Shown: positions 34,176 through 44,432, counted from the first letter of the stretch. The stretch: 50,838 nt of DNA from Minisyncoccota bacterium (GCA_043718505.1 JAYSVN010000023.1:1-50838); one strand, 5' to 3'. Notes: a model not told the origin generated them from the sequence alone. Numbers and translations are program-made.

Positions 34176-35096
34176 CTACTTTTCCAGTTCTTCTACAAGC
34201 TTTAACCAGCCGTTCATGGTGATATCTTCGGCTCGGGTATTGATAGTCATACCCAATTGCTCAAAAACCTCTTTAATTTTGTCTTTTTTATATAAAATAG
34301 TCAGATTTCCGGCCAGCTTTTTCCTTTTATGAGCAAATCCGGCTCGGACAACGGCAAAAAAGGTTTTTTCGTCAATATTTTTCGCTGAATCAGGGGTTTT
34401 CCTTGTACCATCTTTATTTTGAAAGTGTTTTTTGGAAATATCCTCAATAACCAGGATGGCCGAATCGACTTTTGGTGGCGGATTAAAGGCACCGGCCGGG
34501 ACCTTGGCCACTATTTTCGGCGTTCCATAGGCTTTTACGGCGATAGAGAGTAAACTTTCCTTTTTATTTCTGGCCACAATCCGCTCGGCAACTTCTTTTT
34601 GGATTAAAAGGACCATTGTGCTCGGCTGAGCGGTGCTTTCGAGAAAAAGACGGATAATAGCATTGGTTATGTAGTAGGGAATGTTGGCAATGACTTTATA
34701 TTCGAGTTCTCGTTTATAAAATTCCATAACTGACGGATCAAAATCAAGAATATCGCCTTCAATGAGGTCGAGTCGGTTTTCAGTAATTGCTTTTGAGAAT
34801 TTTTCCCGAAGCTGGGTAACAAGCATCCTGTCTTTTTCAATGGCGATTACTTTGCCGGCAAATATTAAAAGGCTTTCGGTAAGAATTCCCTTACCCGGAC
34901 CGACTTCGATAATAATATCGTCTCCGGACGGGTCACCGGCATCAATGATTTTGCCAAGTACGCTTTTTGAAGTCAGAAAATGCTGACCGAGAGACTTTTT
35001 CGGCTGATGTTTTTGTTCTGTGTGCAAGTCAATTTTTTTAATTACACCTGCCCTTTTGTCTGTACGACCGGAATGTGGTCGTTTACTTTTTTTCAT
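34176..35096 (-). CDS. rsmA: 16S rRNA (adenine1518/1519-N6)-dimethyltransferase RsmA/KsgA, with a basic N-terminal extension
   Basis: LGQHFL, IIEVGPGKGILTE and VIANIPYYIT. Confidence 0.88.
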   Translation of the reverse strand: MKKSKRPHSGRTDKRAGVIKKIDLHTEQKHQPKKSLGQHFLTSKSVLGKIIDAGDPSGDDIIIEVGPGKGILTESLLIFAGKVIAIEKDRMLVTQLREKFSKAITENRLDLIEGDILDFDPSVMEFYKRELEYKVIANIPYYITNAIIRLFLESTAQPSTMVLLIQKEVAERIVARNKKESLLSIAVKAYGTPKIVAKVPAGAFNPPPKVDSAILVIEDISKKHFQNKDGTRKTPDSAKNIDEKTFFAVVRAGFAHKRKKLAGNLTILYKKDKIKEVFEQLGMTINTRAEDITMNGWLKLVEELEK

Positions 35097-35137
35097 ATTT
35101 ATATTAATTTTTTGTTTATATAATTTATTCCGTAATT

Positions 35138-37081
35138 TTATAGATCAAAATAAATTGTCTTCTCCCTATAATTTGGTTCACTACCTCCGCCGCCATTGGT
35201 TTTCTCCAAAAGCTCTTCGGGAATGTCATATAAATATTCTGACGGACTGCGAACTTCTTTGTCTCCATATATTGTACGAAACATAACATGTGACAAGTAC
35301 AATTTTTTCTTGGCACGAGTAACTGCTACATACATCAGTCGTCTCTCCTCTTCTTCGTCTTCTCGCGCCAGCCTCTGCCCGTCACGACGCAAAGGGAAAA
35401 GTCCGTCTTCGAGTCCGGCAATAAAAACCGTATCAAACTCTAGTCCTTTGGCAGCATGAATAGTCATGAGACGTACTCCTTCAGCTTTGTCGCGATCACT
35501 TTCATCCTGATCACTGGCCAGAGCTGCATCAGCCAGAAATTGTTCAATACCTTCTTCGGGAGAAAGATGATCATACTTGAGTGCAAGCGTCACCAATTCT
35601 TCAAGGTTCATGAGTCGTTCAACTTCATCTGCACTTCCCTCTTTGAGCATACGCTCAATACCGGATTTTGTAAGGGCGAACTTTACTGTTTCAGACGGAA
35701 TATTTGTTTCGGCAAAAGTTCTGATGCTTGAGAGAATTCCATAGTATTCATTTATTTTTGCCATAGTTTTGGCAGGAATGTCAGCGTTAGCAAGATTTTC
35801 ACCGGCCAGAAAAAGTTTTGTAAGAGTAACTTTGCCGATGCCACGCGCCGGAATATTAATACTGCGCTTCACGTCTTCTGCGCTTTTTGGGTTAAGTGCT
35901 GCACGCAAATATGCCAGCAAATCACGCACTTCTTTGCGTTCAAAAAATCTCACACCCAAAACTGTGTACGGCACATTAGCGGCAAGCATGGCTTCTTCGA
36001 GAATGCGCGACTGGAAGTTGGTGCGGTAAAGCACGGCGATGTCTTTGCCGCCTACGCCGGAAACTATTGCCTCGGCTGCTTTTTCAGCTACAAACATGCC
36101 TTCATGCCGCTCATCGTAGCCCTCAAATGTTGTGATTTTCTCCCCTCCGCCGGCGCGCGTAAAAAGATTTTTCTCTTTTCGATTTTCATTCTTACGAATG
36201 ATTTCATTGGCGGCATCAAGTATATTTTTGGTTGAGCGGTAATTTTCTTCGAGTAAAACAATTTTGGATTCAGGATAATCAACTTCAAAACGCAAAATGT
36301 TTTCTATTTGCGCGCCGCGCCAGGTGTAAATAGTCTGATCGGCATCACCGACGATGCAAATATTTTTATGTGTAGCGGCAAGGAGATTGGCAAAACGGTA
36401 TTGCACTTCATTTGTGTCCTGGTACTCATCGATGTGAATATATTGAAAACGCATTTGGTATTCCTGTAAAATGTCCGGTCGTTTTTCAAAAAGTACGATC
36501 GGAAAAAGGAGAAGATCGTCAAAGTCCATTGAGTTTTGTTTCTTGAGATCAATTTGATAAAAACCCCAAACCTGCGCTGCCAGTTTTTCCATCGGCGTAC
36601 GAGCGTTCTGATGATATTCCTCTACCGTCCGACATTCATTTTTGGCGCGGGAAATTTTTTCCCGAATGCCGCGCGGATCATGATCCTTTGGCTCATAGCC
36701 AAGATCTTTCAAAATACTTTTTATAATAGAAAGACCGTCATCAGGATCGAGAATACTGAAGTGTCGGGTAAATCCAAGCACGGTTGCATGTTCGCGCATA
36801 ATTGTTGCGCCGAGTGAATGGAAAGTTGCCATCACTGGCATTGCCGTATTCCCCGCAATCTCTGCTCTCACACGCTCGCGCATTTCTCTGGCAGCTTTAT
36901 TTGTAAAAGTCACAGCCAAAATATTCGACGGCGCTGTGCCATGTTCAATAATATTTAAAATTCTATGGACAATTGTTTTGGTTTTACCCGCCCCTGCTCC
37001 GGCAATAATCAAAAGCGGCCCGTTTATTGTACTTGCCGCTTCTTTTTGCCTTTCATTTAAACCCTCCAAAACATCTCGCAT
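35138..37081 (-). CDS. pcrA: UvrD/PcrA-family superfamily 1 DNA helicase. The start is moved to ATG 37081.
   Basis: LNERQKEAAS, Walker A AGAGAGKTKTIVHR, IHIDEYQDTN, and further helicase motifs. TATAGT (37088-37093) lies exactly 6 nt upstream of ATG 37081. Confidence 0.88.
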   Translation of the reverse strand: MRDVLEGLNERQKEAASTINGPLLIIAGAGAGKTKTIVHRILNIIEHGTAPSNILAVTFTNKAAREMRERVRAEIAGNTAMPVMATFHSLGATIMREHATVLGFTRHFSILDPDDGLSIIKSILKDLGYEPKDHDPRGIREKISRAKNECRTVEEYHQNARTPMEKLAAQVWGFYQIDLKKQNSMDFDDLLLFPIVLFEKRPDILQEYQMRFQYIHIDEYQDTNEVQYRFANLLAATHKNICIVGDADQTIYTWRGAQIENILRFEVDYPESKIVLLEENYRSTKNILDAANEIIRKNENRKEKNLFTRAGGGEKITTFEGYDERHEGMFVAEKAAEAIVSGVGGKDIAVLYRTNFQSRILEEAMLAANVPYTVLGVRFFERKEVRDLLAYLRAALNPKSAEDVKRSINIPARGIGKVTLTKLFLAGENLANADIPAKTMAKINEYYGILSSIRTFAETNIPSETVKFALTKSGIERMLKEGSADEVERLMNLEELVTLALKYDHLSPEEGIEQFLADAALASDQDESDRDKAEGVRLMTIHAAKGLEFDTVFIAGLEDGLFPLRRDGQRLAREDEEEERRLMYVAVTRAKKKLYLSHVMFRTIYGDKEVRSPSEYLYDIPEELLEKTNGGGGSEPNYREKTIYFDL

Positions 37082-37095
37082 GGAGACACTATACA

Positions 37096-40000
37096 CTATC
37101 GATAGACATCATCGATAATCTGTTCTTTTTTCGGTTTAACTGGTTCCATATCGAAGTCTGAACCGCTATTTTCAGGTGTTGATTCAACTGGAGTATCGCC
37201 GTAACTGTCCTCCAGGAATTTTTCCAATGCCTTTCTAAATTGTCTGATGTTTACACCATTATTTTTCATGCTCTGCAAAGCCTCCTTAAGATAGATACCG
37301 GTCGGCTCACCTTCTCGCGGTTCAAGACCGGATACTTTATGAATTTGATCGACGATAGAAAGGTACTTTTTCATATTTTCTCCGGCGTCTTCGGCTGCTA
37401 CCGCGTTTATGTCATCTTCGGCCAGGTGATGATCGAGCATATTTTGAATATTCCTATCGATAGTCTTATCTCCGGTAATAATATCTCTTTGGCCACCAAA
37501 AGTATCTTCAATAAGATTGTTGTATTGTCTATTAACAGCACCATCAAAAGCATGTGATCGTGGCAGGTCAAAACCTCCCGGCTGATTTATTCCACCCTCC
37601 CTTTGATACATACCATCGTAGGCATAGTGAGGATTTCCCGTAGCATTTGCTGTCTGGTAAGGACCGTCACCCGTATAAAATGTACCGGCAGTTGTCTCAT
37701 ATGGTCCGAAACCGGTTCGTCTTGGACGGAATGGTTCGTTTAAACTTTTGCCAACCTTGGCTTTTGGTGTGTGCTCTGCGTCACTATACCTCGCGGCATT
37801 TTGTGCTGTAAAATCTGTTTCTGGTTGTGCTTGCATCCACTTCCCATCCGCAGCATCTTTTTCGGCACTATTGGCCGCTTCTACTTGGGCCTTTGCTTCA
37901 TCAAGACTGGGGTGATTAATGACAGGAACTTTTTGTCCATTTTTAATTATGTATTCATCTTTATTGCCTCCAGAGTTATGAGCGTCGTAGTCAAACATTT
38001 TTTCGCCGTAACGGTAACTCTGTTTCCCGTCCGAAGTTTCAAGAATGTGATACGAATTTTCTCCCACATGGTGATAATCAATATTTCCGGCACTATCAAT
38101 AGAAAGTGTCGAGCCTTTCATTACCATTGCACTTTCATTAATTTCACCGGGTTTAAAAAATCCGAACTTCATGGCTAATTTTGTCGGGTCTCCGTTCATT
38201 ATCTCTTTTACAGATGCAGGAATTTTATCAGGATCGATGCCTTTGTAATCAGTAATAAGTTTTGCTTTCAGTTGACGTATTGTATCGATAGAGCCTTTTG
38301 ATGAAAATTCAACTGTTTGTGGTTTTACTATGTATTCAGAATGCGGAGCCTCCGGTATAGCACTCGGTTCATCCATTTGCACATACGTTGATTCAGCAAC
38401 GTCCTGGTGAATACCTTCTATGCCGACACTGTCGGGTCCAGCATTAATTTCCGATGCAGCCTGTCCAGCAATCGCGTCGTGAGGAGAAATGTTAGTGTCA
38501 TCTTTTCCAAAAAATTCACTAATATCTTTTCCGCCATGTAATTTCCCAACTCTCGGAATCCCAGCATCTGTCGGTACGTGACCTACAGCAGCAGCACCCG
38601 CTGCGGCATGCGATACACCCATGGAATCTTTAATTTCCCCAACTGAATTTTTAATCCAGTCCCAAGTTTCACCCATGATGCCGGATTCTTTCAAAGCTTC
38701 ATAGCCATGACGGGCAGCATAACCTGCGCCACCAAAGAGTGCACCCAAAGCTGCATTTTTGGCGGCATGCTTAGAAATAAATTTCATGCGGGCTTTTTTC
38801 TCTGCCAAATCTTGTTTTCCGTAGCTCATATCCATGAGGGCGTTCATTCTTTGTTCATATCCCTTTTTTGCTTCAGGGTTACCTGCGGCGGCATAGGCCT
38901 CACTCTCTCGAATTTTACCCAAAAGCATCATTTGATTTGCTAATCTTTCACTCTTATTACCGAAACTGATTTTACCGGCCTTGGCCTTTTCGATAGTGTC
39001 TCTTACACGGTTATTGAGCATGGCTGTGAAGAGCTCCACTCCTTTGGTGTCTCCGGCAAGACTGGCCGCTTTTATTTTTTCAGAAATATCATTTACTTTT
39101 TCTAAATAACCTTTGCGACCGCCCTCTTCTTTGTTGTCGCGAAGTTCAGTCATTTTGACGTCCATGTGACTGTTGATGATAGAACCCAATTTGCTTTCAT
39201 TTTCTTTTTTACCCAATTTATTTTCCGCACCACGTCTCATCGCGGCTTCATTTTCTCGGATCATTTTCCTGCCTTTGGCAACACCGCGGAAAGCGCCGAT
39301 AATACCTGAAATAGCTCCGGCAGAAGCAAAGTTAATAACATCAAAATATTGCGTAGCTCCCCTTGCGCCCCAACCTGCGGCAGCGTAGTAACCACGATGC
39401 TCTTTTACAAAAACATCTTTCCCTGCCCGCATTACTGAATCAAGAACTTTTCCTTTACTGTCGCGATACAAATTATTGAGAACCATTTCATTGTCTGGAT
39501 GAGCATTCATGACCCGATTGAGCTCAACTTTGTTATCGATATCACTCATTGTGCCAAAAAACTTGCCTGTATTCTCATAGTCATGCTTTTCAAAATATCC
39601 CATACACCTCATTTTTTCAGCATCGTACAATTCTTTGGCTGCTCTGGCAGCATTGCGTTGAGATTTTGTTGCGCTCTGGCTTTCCCATTCAGGCGGAATG
39701 TGTTGAAGCCTGGTAGCTGCCTGGTTGAAAGCCCGTTGAGCTTTAGCAACCTCGCGCGCAGTTTCCGGGAGTTCTCCTTTAACCATCATGTCTTTAAATT
39801 TTGAGGAATATTGAATTTCAATTTCACCTTTTTCATTTTCAACCATCGGTGTGTCCATAATTTGGACTCGGGCAATAAGAGCATCTATAGTACCTTTATG
39901 TCTTTCTAGCCCACCAGAGCGAAGATCATCAAAAGCACGCTTTTTTACACCGGCCATTTTGCTTTCAGAGAAAAACCGATTGAAGAATTTTCCTACCCGC

Positions 40001-40767
40001 CCTTTGGTTGCCAGTTCCTGGTTAAAACGGTCGCCCGCTATTTCATCTACGCTTTCAAGAGTTGTAGCAGTCAGGTTTTCGAGCACAAAACGCTTCTGAC
40101 CAACCGAAAGCTTGGCGTAGTCAGGATTGGTCTCAAGTTTATTTATGTCTTTTTCGTCAAAACCAAAACGAACCCTGTAGTCTTCTCTCAGGTTCTCGCG
40201 ACTAGTTTTTGCGGCGCCTTCAATGAGTACTGAATCAATTTTTGTAGTTTCGCCGGTCGTTATATCTTTGGCCCCGAAAACTGTCTCGCTTAGTGGACCT
40301 TTTATTTCATATGTTTTGGTTACACCGTTAATTTCAATAGTATAAGTTTCGCCTTCTGGTTTAAGTGGCGGCAGCTGGTTCTCTTTGCCGACTATATAGC
40401 CTTTTTCCAATTCTTCTTGTGTAGGCTTTTTCTGCTCGAAAGTTTGGTCAATATCCTTTTTCAAGTCTTCGGCCTTGGCTTCTTTGCTTTCAACAGGTTC
40501 GTGTTCAACAGGTTCAGGTTCTAGGGTTTTTTCTTTGCTTGGCGGGAGTATTTCTATCGTTTGCTCGTCTTGCAGATTGTCTTTTTCGAGCGCACCTTCC
40601 TCCATTTCTTCCGTCTCTATCTGGTCTTCTTTTACCATTTGGAATTTAACATCATAGGGACCACCATGTCTTTTTATGTTAGTCTCCACCCTATTTTTAA
40701 GGTTAGCAAAGTTTTTTTGAACGATATCCGCATCAGTTTGTTTTTGGGAAGGTTTTTCGACTAGCAT
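37096..40767 (-). CDS. Giant hypothetical protein, about 1223 aa, with no recognised domain. The start is moved from the track TTG at 40845 to ATG 40767.
   Basis: It is a long uninterrupted ORF. TACAAT (40774-40779) lies exactly 6 nt upstream of ATG 40767. There is no signal peptide. Two Gly/Ala-rich hydrophobic segments are present: GAISGIIGAF and AALGALFGGAGYAA. Confidence 0.6.
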   Translation of the reverse strand: MLVEKPSQKQTDADIVQKNFANLKNRVETNIKRHGGPYDVKFQMVKEDQIETEEMEEGALEKDNLQDEQTIEILPPSKEKTLEPEPVEHEPVESKEAKAEDLKKDIDQTFEQKKPTQEELEKGYIVGKENQLPPLKPEGETYTIEINGVTKTYEIKGPLSETVFGAKDITTGETTKIDSVLIEGAAKTSRENLREDYRVRFGFDEKDINKLETNPDYAKLSVGQKRFVLENLTATTLESVDEIAGDRFNQELATKGRVGKFFNRFFSESKMAGVKKRAFDDLRSGGLERHKGTIDALIARVQIMDTPMVENEKGEIEIQYSSKFKDMMVKGELPETAREVAKAQRAFNQAATRLQHIPPEWESQSATKSQRNAARAAKELYDAEKMRCMGYFEKHDYENTGKFFGTMSDIDNKVELNRVMNAHPDNEMVLNNLYRDSKGKVLDSVMRAGKDVFVKEHRGYYAAAGWGARGATQYFDVINFASAGAISGIIGAFRGVAKGRKMIRENEAAMRRGAENKLGKKENESKLGSIINSHMDVKMTELRDNKEEGGRKGYLEKVNDISEKIKAASLAGDTKGVELFTAMLNNRVRDTIEKAKAGKISFGNKSERLANQMMLLGKIRESEAYAAAGNPEAKKGYEQRMNALMDMSYGKQDLAEKKARMKFISKHAAKNAALGALFGGAGYAARHGYEALKESGIMGETWDWIKNSVGEIKDSMGVSHAAAGAAAVGHVPTDAGIPRVGKLHGGKDISEFFGKDDTNISPHDAIAGQAASEINAGPDSVGIEGIHQDVAESTYVQMDEPSAIPEAPHSEYIVKPQTVEFSSKGSIDTIRQLKAKLITDYKGIDPDKIPASVKEIMNGDPTKLAMKFGFFKPGEINESAMVMKGSTLSIDSAGNIDYHHVGENSYHILETSDGKQSYRYGEKMFDYDAHNSGGNKDEYIIKNGQKVPVINHPSLDEAKAQVEAANSAEKDAADGKWMQAQPETDFTAQNAARYSDAEHTPKAKVGKSLNEPFRPRRTGFGPYETTAGTFYTGDGPYQTANATGNPHYAYDGMYQREGGINQPGGFDLPRSHAFDGAVNRQYNNLIEDTFGGQRDIITGDKTIDRNIQNMLDHHLAEDDINAVAAEDAGENMKKYLSIVDQIHKVSGLEPREGEPTGIYLKEALQSMKNNGVNIRQFRKALEKFLEDSYGDTPVESTPENSGSDFDMEPVKPKKEQIIDDVYR

Positions 40768-41029
40768 AAGATCATTGTACAAGATTTTTACTCTTCCTTC
40801 TAAAAAAGCTGTTAATATTGCGCCAATTTTGTCGGTTTTTGTCAAAAAAATTAGACCACATGTTGGCCATTGACTCGGCTTGCGAGGCGCGCTACCCTTG
40901 TATTACGACTGTATTGACGTTGATTACGATTGTTTTAAAAGCCTTATATTATAAAGCTTTTCTCCCGAAATCCCGAAAGACCCTTATATTCCCTGCCTTG
41001 TATGCATTGAGCGCCCCCGGTCGGACTCT

Positions 41030-42391
41030 ATGCGTCCTAATAGACAGGCAGCAAGCCATGGGAATAAAATCATTAGGCTTATAAAACCCTCCAATAAAAT
41101 AGTGCCGGGCTCGTCAAAAAGCCCTTCATTTATAACCCGTTTTAAGAAATCGGCAGGAATTGTCCCCCTCGCCTTAATTCTTCTAGCTTCTACTTTTAGC
41201 GCCGGCCAAGCCGAAGCAGGAGTTTTTTCTCTATTCAGGACTGTCTCCGGTAAGACTTCAACTGAAAATTCACCAACTGTTCAGAAGATGAGAATTCTGG
41301 AAGCTATTTTTTCTCCGACTCTCAATGGTCAGGGCGGACCCGACATTATCATGGATGAATCAGCACTCATTTCAAACAACAGTCCTTTGATTGATGATTC
41401 CGCCTCTATATATGTGCCTGATGTACCAGTTGATTACCAGGGTGACTCCGCAATCAGGATATACGTAGTTAAAAGCGGTGACACTATTTCCACTATTGCC
41501 GGCAAGTTTGATGTTTCAGTAAATACTATCGTTTGGGCAAATAGCCTCGATCGAAGACAGGCCCTTAAAGTTGGCGACAAGCTGACTATTTTACCGGTTT
41601 CGGGTATTCAGTACACAGTTCGTAAAGGTGACACTGTTAGTGGTATTGCCAGTCGCTATGGCGCAGAGATATCAGATATTCGTGACTACAATGACAAGAC
41701 TGACAGTACTTTAGTTGTTGGCGAGAAGATTATTATTCCAGGAGTTGAGCTTACTCCGGCAAAACCGCCGGTAGTAGCGAAGGCTGCAACGAATGCTGCG
41801 GCTAATACAGCAGATAAAAAAGTTATGCTAGCAGAACCCGTTGTAGAAAAAACAATAGCTCCAAAAGTAGTTATTGTCCCTGCACCAGTAGTTGTACCAA
41901 ATGTTCCCCCAACTATTGTGCCAACAGTTGTGCCAATACAAGCCGAAATACATATAGATGCTGTTACGCCAATTGCTGAACCGGTCTTTGGTACTTTAGT
42001 TCGTCCTAAAACTAATAAAGGTGATAGCTCAAGCTTCATTCGTCCGCTTGCTGACGGTGTCGGCGTAATTTCTCAGTATATGCATGATAAGTGGGCAGTA
42101 GATATTGCTGCTCCGATCGGTACTCCTATTCATGCTGCCGCGGCTGGTACGGTTATTCTTGTTAAACCAACCGGCTATAATGGCGGTTACGGTAAATACG
42201 TTGCCATTGAGCACGATGGTGGTATCCAGACTCTTTATGCTCACATGTCTCAAACAAAAGTTGATGTTGGTGATGTTGTCACCCAAGGGCAGACTATCGG
42301 TCTCGTTGGTTCAACTGGTAAATCAACCGGTCCGCACGTTCACTATGAAGTTCGTGGCGCGCCGAATAACTGTCTGAAGAGTTGCGAGTAA
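41030..42391 (+). CDS. Membrane-anchored cell-wall hydrolase: 2x LysM, a Pro/Val-rich linker and an M23 metallopeptidase domain
   Basis: The LysM domains are YVVKSGDTISTIAGKF... and YTVRKGDTVSGIASRY... The M23 motifs are HDKWAVDIAAP and STGPHVHYEV. Confidence 0.85.
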   Translation: MRPNRQAASHGNKIIRLIKPSNKIVPGSSKSPSFITRFKKSAGIVPLALILLASTFSAGQAEAGVFSLFRTVSGKTSTENSPTVQKMRILEAIFSPTLNGQGGPDIIMDESALISNNSPLIDDSASIYVPDVPVDYQGDSAIRIYVVKSGDTISTIAGKFDVSVNTIVWANSLDRRQALKVGDKLTILPVSGIQYTVRKGDTVSGIASRYGAEISDIRDYNDKTDSTLVVGEKIIIPGVELTPAKPPVVAKAATNAAANTADKKVMLAEPVVEKTIAPKVVIVPAPVVVPNVPPTIVPTVVPIQAEIHIDAVTPIAEPVFGTLVRPKTNKGDSSSFIRPLADGVGVISQYMHDKWAVDIAAPIGTPIHAAAAGTVILVKPTGYNGGYGKYVAIEHDGGIQTLYAHMSQTKVDVGDVVTQGQTIGLVGSTGKSTGPHVHYEVRGAPNNCLKSCE

Positions 42392-42402
42392 TACACTGTT
42401 CT

Positions 42403-42427
42403 AAATCCCGCGATTCCCGGGATTTTA
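42403..42427. terminator. Bidirectional hairpin between the convergent M23 and comM genes
   Basis: aaatcccg cgattcc cgggattt followed by t. Confidence 0.65.
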
Positions 42428-43978
42428 ATTAAATATCTTCGGCCGATACTGGAACGCCTCCAAAACGTGGCGTTCTTTTATTTCTTCTGACATGTCGAGA
42501 TCGGCAATGGTACGCGAAAGACGCAGTACTCGATGGTATGCGCGAACTGAAAGCATTAATTTTTCGGCGCAGGTATTTAATAGGAGGCGAACAGGATCAT
42601 TAAGTTCTGCGGCCCGAGCTAATTCTTTGCCGGTTAGTTCAGCATTTGTTTCTTTATGTATTCCGAGCGACCGTAATCGATGTTTTTGTCTTTCTCTCAC
42701 GATTTTAATTTCCTGTCTGATTGTTTCTGACGAAACTAGTACTTCATTACCCGGCGCGTTATCTTGTTGGTGTAATTTGTCATACGGGATATGTTCAACG
42801 GGAAGCGTAATATCAATACGATCTAAAATTGGTCCGGAAATTTTCTTGCGATATCGGGTAATATCGTATGGCGCACAAACACATCGTTTGACCGAAGAAC
42901 CTTCATAGCCGCACGGGCAGGGATTCATAGCAGCAATGAGAATAAAATCCGAGGGAAAAGTTTCGCTGCCTTTTGATCGTGAAAGAGTAACAGATCCTTC
43001 TTCCAAAGGTTCACGCAGTGTTTCAATTACTCGCCGGTCGAATTCGGCAAATTCATCAAGAAAAAGTATACCTTTGTGAGCGAGAGTTACTTCCCCCGGC
43101 CGCGGAAATGCACCACCGCCAATGATCGCCGTATATGAAGATGAATGGTGAGGTGACCTGATCGGCGGAAAACTAATCAGACTTTGCTTTAACCTTCCGG
43201 CGGCCGAGTGAATGCCTGTCACTGTCAGTGCGTCTTCGTGGGAAAGGAGCGGCAATATCCCGGCAAAAGCTTTGGCAAGCATTGTTTTTCCGGTTCCGGG
43301 CGGTCCGTACATGAGTGTGTTATGTCCGCCAGCCGCTGCCACAAGTAATCCACGTTTAGCATTTTCCTGGCCGCGTATATCGGCAAAATCGATGAAATTA
43401 TTCCGGCCTTGGTTTTCATCAATAATATTCACATCATCTCTTTCATATGTCGGTAACCTATCCTCCTGTAGTGCCGTAACAATTTCCCTGAGATTTCTGC
43501 CACCAAAGACTTTTATGTTTTTAACGAGTGCTGCCTCAGCTGCATTTTCATACGGCACGATAATGCGCCCGAAACCCGAAAGCTTAGCTTCCATAGTAAT
43601 AGGTAAAATTCCCCGCACAGGACGTAAACTCCCATCGAGTGAAAGTTCACCAACGAAAACTATGTCTTCTGTGGCTACCTTTAATTCCTCACTTGAGAGA
43701 AGTAGTGCAATAGCCATTGCTAAATCAAAAAACGAACCCTCTTTTTTTAAATCAGACGGCGAAAGAGAAAGAATAATTTTCTGATTTTGTGACTTAATAT
43801 TTTCAAAACCGGAATTTTTGAGAGAGGCCGAAACTCGCTCACGTGATTCCTCAACAGCTTTCCCGGCTAGTCCGACAATGGTAAAAGAATGCAGACCTCT
43901 GGTACGATCAACTTCAACTCTGACAATACTGCCGCGCAGTCCCGTTATTTGTGCTCCGATAACTTTTGCAAATGCCAT
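42425..43978 (-). CDS. comM: YifB/ComM-family Mg-chelatase-like AAA+ ATPase. The start is moved to ATG 43978.
   Basis: Walker A YGPPGTGKTMLA and Walker B ILFLDEFAEF. There is an N-terminal Lon-protease-like domain and a C-terminal ChlI-like region. TACGAT lies 6 nt upstream of ATG 43978. Confidence 0.88.
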   Translation of the reverse strand: MAFAKVIGAQITGLRGSIVRVEVDRTRGLHSFTIVGLAGKAVEESRERVSASLKNSGFENIKSQNQKIILSLSPSDLKKEGSFFDLAMAIALLLSSEELKVATEDIVFVGELSLDGSLRPVRGILPITMEAKLSGFGRIIVPYENAAEAALVKNIKVFGGRNLREIVTALQEDRLPTYERDDVNIIDENQGRNNFIDFADIRGQENAKRGLLVAAAGGHNTLMYGPPGTGKTMLAKAFAGILPLLSHEDALTVTGIHSAAGRLKQSLISFPPIRSPHHSSSYTAIIGGGAFPRPGEVTLAHKGILFLDEFAEFDRRVIETLREPLEEGSVTLSRSKGSETFPSDFILIAAMNPCPCGYEGSSVKRCVCAPYDITRYRKKISGPILDRIDITLPVEHIPYDKLHQQDNAPGNEVLVSSETIRQEIKIVRERQKHRLRSLGIHKETNAELTGKELARAAELNDPVRLLLNTCAEKLMLSVRAYHRVLRLSRTIADLDMSEEIKERHVLEAFQYRPKIFN

Positions 43979-44027
43979 ATTGGCATCGTACAAAAAGAAG
44001 ATGAAATCCCTATTAATTTTTTCTAAA

Positions 44028-44060
44028 ATAAAAATCCCGCAACATATGCGAGATTTTTTA
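44028..44060 (-). terminator. Terminator downstream of the DksA/TraR gene
   Basis: atcccgca acata tgcgagat forms a stem with one mismatch. It is flanked by A/T runs, and the minus strand reads UUUUUAUUUU after the stem. Confidence 0.55.
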
Positions 44061-44078
44061 ATACTATTTTGTAAATAA

Positions 44079-44432
44079 TTAGCCGTTCATGTGCGCTTTA
44101 CATGTTTTGGCTGCCGGATTTGCTCCCATGCGATCAGCTTCTATATGCACACCGCAGACTTCACAAATACCAAAACCTTTGGTATCCATTTTCTGCAATG
44201 CCGAAATGATTTCATTGTAACGGATTTTGAGTGTCTTCAGCATATCACTTCGCTCTTCGTATGATTCAAACTTATCAGCCAAGTCATTTTCATCAGATGT
44301 CGGAAGTTGCTTCTCCGGAACTGCTTCCCAGTCACCGGTCTTGGCATCGACAATCATGCCGATTTCCTTAAGTTCATTGATTAAAATTACCTTTTCTTCC
44401 TCCAGTTTTGTTCTTAAGGCATCATTTTTCAT
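44079..44432 (-). CDS. DksA/TraR-family zinc-finger protein
   Basis: A coiled-coil N-terminus is followed by CEVCGVHIEADRMGANPAAKTCKAH. An extended -10 TGcTATAGT lies 7 nt upstream of the ATG. Confidence 0.75.
   Translation of the reverse strand: MKNDALRTKLEEEKVILINELKEIGMIVDAKTGDWEAVPEKQLPTSDENDLADKFESYEERSDMLKTLKIRYNEIISALQKMDTKGFGICEVCGVHIEADRMGANPAAKTCKAHMNG

Noticed and set aside
40818-41084. 88-aa plus-strand ORF upstream of the M23 peptidase gene
   Set aside because: It has no promoter or start context and overlaps the start of the LysM-M23 ORF in another frame. This is probably non-coding leader or promoter DNA. Short repeats (tcccgaaa x2, cttatatt x2, attacga x2) were noted there but not interpreted.
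41030-42391. A riboswitch (for example cyclic-di-AMP type) in the leader of the LysM-M23 hydrolase gene
   Set aside because: The candidate leader is only about 75-100 nt. I could not identify the pseudo-two-fold helices or conserved ACGR motifs. The start codon and promoter of this gene are themselves uncertain.
43212-43784. 190-aa ORF antisense to comM. Similar long antisense or out-of-frame ORFs include 6480-6923, 26671-26961, 28561-28968, 29686-30090, 41686-42039, 42492-42908 and 48241-48678.
   Set aside because: Each is fully embedded in a gene with strong family motifs or a much longer ORF. Their compositions (S/P/R/L-rich or hydrophobic) are typical of shadow frames.
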